Source of the DNA: Armatimonadia bacterium
GTDB lineage: Bacteria; Armatimonadota; Zipacnadia; Zipacnadales; UBA11051
Reading direction: 5' to 3'
Length of the DNA stretch: 21,334 nucleotides
Assembly (NCBI GenBank): GCA_039683575.1
Contig: JBDKRC010000309.1
Coordinates: 1-21,334, forward strand
Shown here: positions 7,735 through 14,400 of the stretch, piece by piece
How the letters are laid out: each line of letters begins with the position of its first letter
How positions within the stretch are numbered: the stretch's first letter is position 1
Position numbers and translations under genes: made by a program
The notes under the pieces: model-generated
Databases searched by the model: none
What the model was told of the DNA's origin: nothing
What the model saw: only the letters and a program-made list of their open reading frames with translations

Positions 7735-8736
7735 ATGAAGAATTACTGGCGGTTGGCAATCTGTGCGTGCGTGCTGCTCACGGCAGCCCTGGCCCAGGCC
7801 CAGGAGGGCGGCCTCAAGGAAGCGGTGGACAAGATCGGCGACGCCGTGGTGACGGTGGTGGCTGGCAATCGCGCCGGGGCAGGGCTCATCGTCAACTCCG
7901 ACGGCTATGTGCTGACCAACAAGCATGTGCTTGATAAGGCGCAGGCGGCAGACGTTATCTTGCGCAACGAGGAGAAGGTCAGCGCCAAGGTCGTCAGATT
8001 CGCCACAGAGCGCGACCTGTGCCTGCTGAAGGTCGAGCGACAGCATCTGCCGGCGGTGCAGTTCGCGAGCTCTAAGGGGTTGAGGCAGGGGGAGGACGTG
8101 GCAGCCATCGGCGCGCCGCTCGGACTGCCGAACACGGTGACCAAGGGCGTCATCTCGGCGACGGACCGCGATATCTCCGGGCAGAAGTTCCTGCAGATTG
8201 ACGCGGCACTCAATAAGGGCAACTCCGGCGGGCCAGTCATCAACGAGAAGGGGCAGGTCATTGGGATCGCGACGAAGGTGGCGAAAGAGGCGGAGAACAT
8301 GGGCTTCGCGATCCCGAGTGATGATGTAACTGCCTTTCTTAGTGAGGCTAACGTAACATTCGCGACGGCCCTGACCGCGGAGGCCCCGGAGGAAGCAAAG
8401 CCGACTGCCGAGGCTGAAGCGCCGGCAGCTGAGGCTGCTCCCGCAGTGCCTGAGGCGCCGGCGGCACCGGCAATAGGGTTGCAGAATCCATGGATGCTGC
8501 TCGCGGCGGCTGCGCTTGTATCGTTCCTGGTCTCTTTGATTACTGCCTTGCTTGTGTCCCGCAGCGCCGCAAGAGAGGCTGTCGTGCCTGCTGCGCCAGC
8601 GGGGTATCCTGCGCCCGCGCCGACGCTTGGATATCAGCAGCCGCCAGCCCCTCCGTTGGCGGCACCCATGCCTCCGCCGCCAGCGGCTCCCCCGCCTACT
8701 GACGATTTGAGCGACATCGACATCGAGTTGCGATAG
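7735..8736 (+). CDS. Membrane-anchored trypsin-like (S1C/HtrA-type, PDZ-less) serine protease
   Basis: GGAG RBS then ATG 7735. Signal peptide ending AQA, catalytic triad TNKHV / RDLCLL / GNSGGP, Ala/Glu/Pro linker, TM helix WMLLAAAALVSFLVSLITALLV, and a Pro-rich tail ending DDLSDIDIELR. Confidence 0.9.
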   Translation: MKNYWRLAICACVLLTAALAQAQEGGLKEAVDKIGDAVVTVVAGNRAGAGLIVNSDGYVLTNKHVLDKAQAADVILRNEEKVSAKVVRFATERDLCLLKVERQHLPAVQFASSKGLRQGEDVAAIGAPLGLPNTVTKGVISATDRDISGQKFLQIDAALNKGNSGGPVINEKGQVIGIATKVAKEAENMGFAIPSDDVTAFLSEANVTFATALTAEAPEEAKPTAEAEAPAAEAAPAVPEAPAAPAIGLQNPWMLLAAAALVSFLVSLITALLVSRSAAREAVVPAAPAGYPAPAPTLGYQQPPAPPLAAPMPPPPAAPPPTDDLSDIDIELR

Positions 8737-8758
8737 GCACATTAGCGCAAGTTATAGT
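8728..8758 (+). promoter_or_regulatory. Possible internal promoter for the Ubl gene
   Basis: AT-rich 78-nt spacer with TATAGT (8753-8758). TTGCGA lies at 8728-8733 but with a long 19-nt spacer. Strong RBS GGAGGT before 8815. Confidence 0.3.
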
Positions 8759-8814
8759 CACAAACATAGACAGACATATACCGAAAACTCCAGCGAATAG
8801 AGCGGAGGTGCCTT

Positions 8815-9084
8815 ATGGGCAAAGTTAACGTGGTCATCATGGACACAACCGGCAGTAAAGAGCAGAAGGCGTCGCTGCCGGACGATGCACCCGTGCGCCG
8901 GATCATCGCCAAGCTCGTACAGATGATGACCCTCCCCACCACGGGCCCGGACGGTCAGCCGCTCAGCTACAAGTTCCACCACAAGGCCTCCGGCAAGCAG
9001 CTCACCGATGAGCAGACGCTGGGCGAGGCCGAAGTCAAGGATGGCGACGTGCTGCGCCTGCAGCCGGAGATCACCGCCGGTTAG
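8815..9084 (+). CDS. Ubiquitin-like beta-grasp protein (YukD/EsaB-like) with free C-terminal Gly
   Basis: 89 aa. GKQLTDEQTLGEAEVKDGDVLRL parallels ubiquitin [23 protein letters not shown]. Ends ...PEITAG-stop and lies between E2 and E1. Confidence 0.9.
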   Translation: MGKVNVVIMDTTGSKEQKASLPDDAPVRRIIAKLVQMMTLPTTGPDGQPLSYKFHHKASGKQLTDEQTLGEAEVKDGDVLRLQPEITAG

Positions 9085-9123
9085 CAGCGCTGCTGGGTCT
9101 CAACCATCTTCTCAGGAGGCCCC

Positions 9124-10323
9124 ATGCCATCCGATACCCCGCTTGATGAAATGGATGTAGTCCTCGAGGAGGACCGCTATGATCGCCTGCGCCTGATCCC
9201 CTGGTGGGACCAGGAGCGGCTGCGTGCGGCGCGGGTGATGGTTGTGGGCGCCGGCGCGCTGGGCAACGAGATCATCAAGAACCTCACGCTCTTGGGCGTC
9301 GGCCGGATCTTCATCGCTGACCTTGACCGCATAGAGGACACTAATCTCACCCGGGCCATCCTCTTTCGCCATGGCGACGTCGGCCGCTGTAAGGCGGAAG
9401 TGGCCGCGGAACGCGTACCCGAGATCAACCCGGACGTGATCGCCCAGGCCTTCGTCGGGGACATCAACTACGATCTCGGGCTCGGCGTCTTCCGCGACAT
9501 GGACCTGGTTTTCGGCGCGCTGGACAACCGCGAGGCGCGAGTAACGATCAATGCCAACTGCTGGAAGCTCGGCAAGACGTGGATAGATGGGGCGATAGAG
9601 CTGATGCAGGGCGTAGCGCGGGTGTTCGCGCCAGCCGAGGACGCGCCGTGCTACGAGTGCACGATGTCGGAACTCGACTACAAGCTGCTTAGCCAGCGGC
9701 GATCCTGCGCCTTGCTTTCGCGGACGGATGTGTTACAGGGCAAGGTGCCCACGACGCCGACGATTGCCTCGATCATCGGCGGGATCCAGGTGCAGGAGGG
9801 GATCAAGGTCCTGCATAGCGACCGGGAGCTGCCCAATCTTGCCGGGCGGGGCTTCTTCTTCAATGGGCTCAACCATGATTCGTACGTTGTGCAGTACCAG
9901 CGGCGTTCTGACTGCCCTGCGCACGAACAGATGTTCGAGATAGTCGAGTTGGATGCTTCGAGTGCCGACTTGACCGGCCGCAAGATGCTCGAGATTGTGC
10001 AGGCGGAGGTGGGGCCGAAGGCCGTAGTGGAGTTTGAGCGGGAGCTCTGCACCTACCTGAGCTGTTCGCGTTGTCAAACGAAGCACGAGCACTTCCGCTC
10101 CCTGGGCAGAGTCACCGTTGACGATGCGGTGTGCCCAACCTGCCACGAGCTATGCGAGCCGGAGCTGACTCACAGCCTGAGCGGCGCCGAATCGTATCTG
10201 GACATGACCTTGGAGCAAATGGGCATTCCGGCGTATGACGTCGTTACGGGCCGGCAGGGGCTGACGATGAAGCACTTCCTGCTCAGCGGCGATCGATCGC
10301 GAGCGCTGGGTGCGCTGGCGTAA
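9124..10323 (+). CDS. E1 ubiquitin-like activating enzyme (ThiF/MoeB/E1 family) with C-terminal Zn-ribbon extension
   Basis: DRYDR, VMVVGAGALGNEIIKNLTLLGVG, D..IEDTNLTR, KAEVAA, ALDNREAR, PCYEC (C176/C179), candidate catalytic Cys195 (RRSC), CPAH, and extra CSRC/CPTC pairs. RBS CAGGAGG. Confidence 0.93.
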   Translation: MPSDTPLDEMDVVLEEDRYDRLRLIPWWDQERLRAARVMVVGAGALGNEIIKNLTLLGVGRIFIADLDRIEDTNLTRAILFRHGDVGRCKAEVAAERVPEINPDVIAQAFVGDINYDLGLGVFRDMDLVFGALDNREARVTINANCWKLGKTWIDGAIELMQGVARVFAPAEDAPCYECTMSELDYKLLSQRRSCALLSRTDVLQGKVPTTPTIASIIGGIQVQEGIKVLHSDRELPNLAGRGFFFNGLNHDSYVVQYQRRSDCPAHEQMFEIVELDASSADLTGRKMLEIVQAEVGPKAVVEFERELCTYLSCSRCQTKHEHFRSLGRVTVDDAVCPTCHELCEPELTHSLSGAESYLDMTLEQMGIPAYDVVTGRQGLTMKHFLLSGDRSRALGALA

Positions 10324-10336
10324 CAGGTGACTTTTC

Positions 10337-11284
10337 ATGGACCAACCGTCAGACGACCTGGAGCTCGAAATAGCGCCGACTGAGGCCCCCGCGAGTACGG
10401 CGGCCAGCCCGGCGGTTCTGGTCTCATCGCAGGCCTTCGACGAGATGACGCAGCATGCGCTCGAGGAGGCGGAGCACGAGATCGGCGGCATCATGGTCGG
10501 CTCCGTCGTAGAGGGCACCGGGACCGTCGTCATCATCGAGGACGTGATCCGCGGCACACATATGACCCATAGCCGCGGTAGCGTGACCTTCACCCACGAA
10601 TCCTGGACCGAAATCAACCGCGTCAAGGACGAGCGCTTCGCGGACAAGCGTGTAGTGGGCTGGTATCACAGCCACCCCGGCTTTGGGATCTTCCTCTCCA
10701 ACCACGACCTGTTCATCCACGAGAACTTCTTCAATCTGCCGTGGCAGGTGGCCTTTGTGACCGATCCCAGGGCCAGTACCTGTGGTTGTTTCGTGTGGCA
10801 GGACAAGACAATCGTTCAGGACCTTGATTTCGGTGTACTGACCTCGCCACAGGAGCATCTCAGCGGCCGTAGCAAGCCCACAGCGCCGGCACCTGCACCA
10901 ACCGCATCGGCTCCGCAGGCGACCCAGCAGCCGGTTTTCAACATGCCCGCGCCGACCCCGGTGCTGCGCCGAGACCCTGGGCTCTCGTGGGCTCTCGGGA
11001 TTCTGGCGATGCTTGTGGCCCTGGCTGTCGGTCTCAGCCTCGGGAACTTCGACGCCGGACGTCGAGCCTCCGCCAGCATCCAGGCCCTGAACGTCAAGCT
11101 GGACACCATCGTCAGTGACATGCAGGAGCTGCGCAGTGCCGTGTCAGAGCGTCAACCAGCGGCGCAGGCTGAGTCGCGCGAGCCAGCTTCGGAGCCGAAA
11201 GCGCCCCCTCCAGCACCCACACCAGCCGCAGTTCCTCCAGAAAAGGGAGATTCCGGTGCCGGATCAGCCCCACCAAGCCCCTGA
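10337..11284 (+). CDS. JAB/MPN+ (JAMM) metallo-isopeptidase with C-terminal TM helix and coiled coil
   Basis: EIGGIMVG and VVGWYHSHPGFGIFLSNHD (intact E..HxH-x7-S-x2-D), TM helix LSWALGILAMLVALAVGLSLG, then heptad-like IQALNVKLDTIVSDMQELRSAV. Confidence 0.92.
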   Translation: MDQPSDDLELEIAPTEAPASTAASPAVLVSSQAFDEMTQHALEEAEHEIGGIMVGSVVEGTGTVVIIEDVIRGTHMTHSRGSVTFTHESWTEINRVKDERFADKRVVGWYHSHPGFGIFLSNHDLFIHENFFNLPWQVAFVTDPRASTCGCFVWQDKTIVQDLDFGVLTSPQEHLSGRSKPTAPAPAPTASAPQATQQPVFNMPAPTPVLRRDPGLSWALGILAMLVALAVGLSLGNFDAGRRASASIQALNVKLDTIVSDMQELRSAVSERQPAAQAESREPASEPKAPPPAPTPAAVPPEKGDSGAGSAPPSP

Positions 11285-11915
11285 AGAAGATGAAATTGAG
11301 ATAGAAGCGTTGTCGGTCGAGGCCGCACTGCCGTCGTGGGAGCCGGAGGGACCGCCTGGCGCGGTAACCGTGCGCTGTGGCGGCGCTCTGCAACCTCCCC
11401 TGGCGTGCTATGCCCTCGGTGTTCTTGAGGATGTTCAGGGCCACGGGGTTGCCGAGCCTGGCCGGGAGGTCGGAGGCATCCTCCTTGGACAGTTCGTACA
11501 GACGTCCCAGGGGCCGCTGACGCGGGTAGATGACATGATCATCGCCGACAGCGACCAGGCGAGCCGCACGCACGTCACCTTCACCCACGCGTGCTGGCAG
11601 CAGATCCATCGCGAACTGGAGCGGCGAGACGACGGGGCGCAGATTGTTGGCTGGTACCACACTCATCCGGGATTTGGGCCGTTTCTCTCCGCCCAGGACC
11701 TTTTCATCCAAGAGAACTTCTTTGCCCATCCGCTGCACGTCGCCCTGGTCTTTGATCCGGTTCAGAGCAGCTTTGCCAGCTTCGGCTGGTGGGATGGCCA
11801 AATAGTTCGGGCCGCGGGCTGCTATGTGTGGGCCTCAGGGCCTGAGGTTGCCGACCTTTCGGCCTTTCTGCAGACGGTAAAGTACTCCGCGAAGTCACCA
11901 AATGCCACCAGATAA
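11256..11915 (+). CDS. Second JAB/MPN+ (JAMM) metallo-isopeptidase, soluble
   Basis: AGGGAG RBS (11244-11249) then GTG 11256, in frame with the ORF track entry 11115. EVGGILLG and IVGWYHTHPGFGPFLSAQD are intact. No TM segment. Confidence 0.9.
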   Translation: MPDQPHQAPEEDEIEIEALSVEAALPSWEPEGPPGAVTVRCGGALQPPLACYALGVLEDVQGHGVAEPGREVGGILLGQFVQTSQGPLTRVDDMIIADSDQASRTHVTFTHACWQQIHRELERRDDGAQIVGWYHTHPGFGPFLSAQDLFIQENFFAHPLHVALVFDPVQSSFASFGWWDGQIVRAAGCYVWASGPEVADLSAFLQTVKYSAKSPNATR

Positions 11916-12870
11916 TGACGATTACCTTGATGTCGAACTGGACGACGAGCCCGAGGGCGCGCCGGAGAACGTCCTGGATGTCAGCCTGGACGACGCTGCC
12001 CCCCCCAAACCCCCGCGCAAACTCCCCTCGACGCCCCCCAAGCCCGAGGCAAAGCCCGCAGAACCAGAATTGCCGATGATCTCAGGCGGGATCTGCGAGC
12101 GCTGCGGCTACGCGCTGCGCCCCCTGGAGGACCATTGCCCACGTTGCGGGCGGATAGGGGCAGAAGCGCCTCCGCCCGCCGAGGCTCCGGATCGACTGCC
12201 TGCACCGGCAGAGCTACCAGAGGTTGCGCCCGCCGCGCGGCGTTCCGGATGCTCTGCCTGGGCCGTGGCTGGCAGTTTGACGCTGGTACTTGCCATCGCG
12301 GGGCTGCTGGCGTGGCTGTGGCTCCAACCGCGGTTCCGGGCGCAGCGCGAATACCGCGCGGGATTGCACGCTCAGCTTGCCGGAGACTTCAAGGGCGCGC
12401 GCTTCCACTATATGAAGGCGCTGGAGTTGAACCCTAACATGGGGCTGGCGGCGCTCATGATGGGCACAACGTACCTACGAATCGGCGACCCGGCCATGGT
12501 GAGCTCGATTGACCAGTTGGTCAAGCAGGCGATGTGGGGTCAGACGGGCGATCTCGACCGCGCGGACCAATGGTTCCGGAAGGCAATCGCGATTGGGTCG
12601 CAGCTTCCGGCCTCGACCGAACTTGCAGACCCCAAGATCAACACCCCTCCGCGACTAAGGGCGTTCGCACGGGCCTTCATGGCGCTCACAGCGCTGGTGC
12701 GGGCCTCTGCGGCCCTGCAGGCGGATCAGCTCGAGGATGGGATGAAGTGGCTGGGCGTGGCCCAACAGGAGGGTCAGGCCGCGCTGACCGATGATCCGGG
12801 GAATGAGCAGGCGCAGAAGATCCTGGGCTCAATACCGCCGAATCCGCCCACAACGGCACCATCTCAGTGA
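11902..12870 (+). CDS. Bitopic membrane protein: acidic/Pro-rich N-terminus, Zn ribbon, TM, TPR domain
   Basis: CERC-x10-CPRC, TM helix AWAVAGSLTLVLAIAGLLAWLWL, and TPR EYRAGLHAQLAGDFKGARFHYMKALELNPNMGLAALMMGTTY. Overlaps the upstream JAB gene by 14 nt. Confidence 0.82.
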   Translation: MPPDNDDYLDVELDDEPEGAPENVLDVSLDDAAPPKPPRKLPSTPPKPEAKPAEPELPMISGGICERCGYALRPLEDHCPRCGRIGAEAPPPAEAPDRLPAPAELPEVAPAARRSGCSAWAVAGSLTLVLAIAGLLAWLWLQPRFRAQREYRAGLHAQLAGDFKGARFHYMKALELNPNMGLAALMMGTTYLRIGDPAMVSSIDQLVKQAMWGQTGDLDRADQWFRKAIAIGSQLPASTELADPKINTPPRLRAFARAFMALTALVRASAALQADQLEDGMKWLGVAQQEGQAALTDDPGNEQAQKILGSIPPNPPTTAPSQ

Positions 12871-12876
12871 TTAGCC

Positions 12877-12905
12877 TTGCAAGCGCGAGCGGGAAGGATT
12901 ATTAT
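12877..12905 (+). promoter_or_regulatory. Sigma70-type promoter for rsmG-parA-parB
   Basis: TTGCAA (12877-12882)-N17-TATTAT (12900-12905). Confidence 0.6.
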
Positions 12906-12937
12906 GACTTGACGCAACGACCACCCCATAGAGGATA

Positions 12938-13591
12938 ATGTTTCACGTGAAACATTTTTCCAGTTCCGACACCCCATTGACCTCTCAACTCGCCTCCACC
13001 ATCACCAGTCTTCAACTGTCCTCCGACGAGTTCGATATTCGCAGGCTTGCCGACCTTCTGGCCTGGCTACACCCCGCAGCGGCCCGCCTGGGCTTGACCA
13101 ACTACCGGGACATCCAGACCTATATCGCCCAGCTAGTTGTACCGGCTCTGTACCTGCTCTCCCCCACTCTGGCGCCGTATCGCCTGTCGCCGATGCTTGA
13201 TTTTGGGGCTGGTTCAGGGGCTGTCGGCCTGTCTCTGGCGTGTTTGCTCCCCGAAGCCGAGGTAGTGCTTGCAGATCGACGCAGCCGTGTGGTACAATTC
13301 CTCGACCTCGCTGTTAGCCGGGGCGGCCTGCGCAACTGCCGCAGCCTGCTGGCTGACCTCTCAGCCCCGTCTCCGGAGCAGCAAGGCTCTTGTGGCACGG
13401 TTTTGATAAGGGCGTACGGACCCACAACAGAGGCCCTGAGGCAGGCTGTCCTCTGGACGCGGCCTGAGGGTACCATCGCCCTGTGGCATCAGCCGCCTGC
13501 CCCTGACCCTCCCGATCATCTCACGCGAGCAGATACCTTGCAGACTTCCGTGCCTGCGCTCGCGCTCACAATATACCGCCGAGATACCTGA
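12938..13591 (+). CDS. rsmG: 16S rRNA m7G527 methyltransferase RsmG/GidB-like, divergent; start codon uncertain
   Basis: SAM motif MLDFGAGSGAVGL, LADRRSRVVQFL (equivalent to DSxxKRxxFL), LIRAYG (equivalent to SRA), and the classic position upstream of parAB. Confidence 0.75.
   Translation: MFHVKHFSSSDTPLTSQLASTITSLQLSSDEFDIRRLADLLAWLHPAAARLGLTNYRDIQTYIAQLVVPALYLLSPTLAPYRLSPMLDFGAGSGAVGLSLACLLPEAEVVLADRRSRVVQFLDLAVSRGGLRNCRSLLADLSAPSPEQQGSCGTVLIRAYGPTTEALRQAVLWTRPEGTIALWHQPPAPDPPDHLTRADTLQTSVPALALTIYRRDT
12939..12954. promoter_or_regulatory. parS: parS centromere site
   Basis: Perfect 16-bp palindrome TGTTTCACGTGAAACA, the established chromosomal parS consensus, next to parAB. Confidence 0.97.
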
Positions 13592-13620
13592 ATTAGCCAT
13601 TTCGGCGCTGGAGGGCATGT

Positions 13621-14400
13621 ATGGTAGACACCTATGCCATCATCAACCAAAAGGGTGGCGTGGGAAAGACCACAACGGCGGTCAACCTGGCCGCCTGGGC
13701 GGCCCACGATGGCAAAAGAGTGCTTCTGATCGACGCTGACCCGCAGGGCAATGCCACAAGTGGCCTGGGCATTAACCGCGCGGGCCTAACGCGCTGTCTG
13801 TACGACGTGCTGACCTCGGACATGACGGGTGGACCGCCCGTGCCGCTTCAGGAGGCCATTGTGGCTTCCTGCCAGCCAGGGCTTGATGTGTTGCCGGCCA
13901 CCATCAATCTGGCGGCCGCGGACATCACCCTTGCCAGCGCCATTGCGCGCGATACCCGCCTTAAGCACGCTCTGGGGCCCGCACAGGGGCTTTATGACCT
14001 GATCATCATCGACACAGCGCCTTCGCTCGGCGTGTTGACGGTCAATGCCCTCGCGGCGGCGCACAAGTGCGTCATCCCCATCCAGTGTGAGTACTACGCG
14101 CTGGAAGGTCTCTCCCAGCTCATGCGGATCATCAATCTGGTGCAGAGCCAGATCAACCCGGCCCTCCTGATCGCCGGGATGGTCCTCACGATGTACGATT
14201 CCCGCACAAACCTGTCGAACGAAGTCGCCACGGATGTCCGTGAGACCTTCCACGGACGCGTCTTCGAGACGACGATACCGCGCAACATCAGGCTCGCCGA
14301 GGCACCGGGGCATGGCCTGCCGGCGCTTCTCTATGATCCGCACAGCGTCGGTGCCAAACGCTACTGGATGCTGTACAAGGAGGTCTTCGACAATGCGTAA
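13621..14400 (+). CDS. parA: Chromosome partitioning ATPase ParA/Soj
   Basis: NQKGGVGKTTTAVNLAA, LLIDADPQGNATSGLG, IPIQCEYYALEGLSQL, IPRNIRLAEAP. Confidence 0.97.
   Translation: MVDTYAIINQKGGVGKTTTAVNLAAWAAHDGKRVLLIDADPQGNATSGLGINRAGLTRCLYDVLTSDMTGGPPVPLQEAIVASCQPGLDVLPATINLAAADITLASAIARDTRLKHALGPAQGLYDLIIIDTAPSLGVLTVNALAAAHKCVIPIQCEYYALEGLSQLMRIINLVQSQINPALLIAGMVLTMYDSRTNLSNEVATDVRETFHGRVFETTIPRNIRLAEAPGHGLPALLYDPHSVGAKRYWMLYKEVFDNA

Noticed and set aside
8380-8700. Ala/Pro/Glu low-complexity repeats in the protease (similar linkers occur in JAB1 and the TPR protein)
   Set aside because: Protein linker composition, not DNA-level tandem repeats or a CRISPR array.
7732-8742. 336-aa minus-strand ORF
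   Set aside because: Mirror frame of the protease gene, which has a full catalytic triad.
8815-10323. Reading Ubl and E1 as ThiS/MoaD with ThiF/MoeB cofactor biosynthesis, or Ubl as a type VII secretion YukD
   Set aside because: No thi, moa, cys or T7SS genes nearby, no rhodanese domain, and a catalytically intact E2 is present.
7191-11915. CBASS Cap2/Cap3 or Pycsar assignment
   Set aside because: No CD-NTase or cyclase in the window, E1 and E2 are separate genes, and a free Ubl is present.
12871-12960. Possible oriC next to parS
   Set aside because: No DnaA boxes (TTATCCACA) or AT-rich unwinding repeats seen, and the spacer is too short.
1148-14392. ORF-track starts at 1148, 2149, 5160, 7663, 11115 and 14234
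   Set aside because: They overlap upstream genes or lack an RBS. Downstream starts 1349, 2278, 5175, 7735, 11256 and 14393 fit RBS position and/or domain boundaries better.
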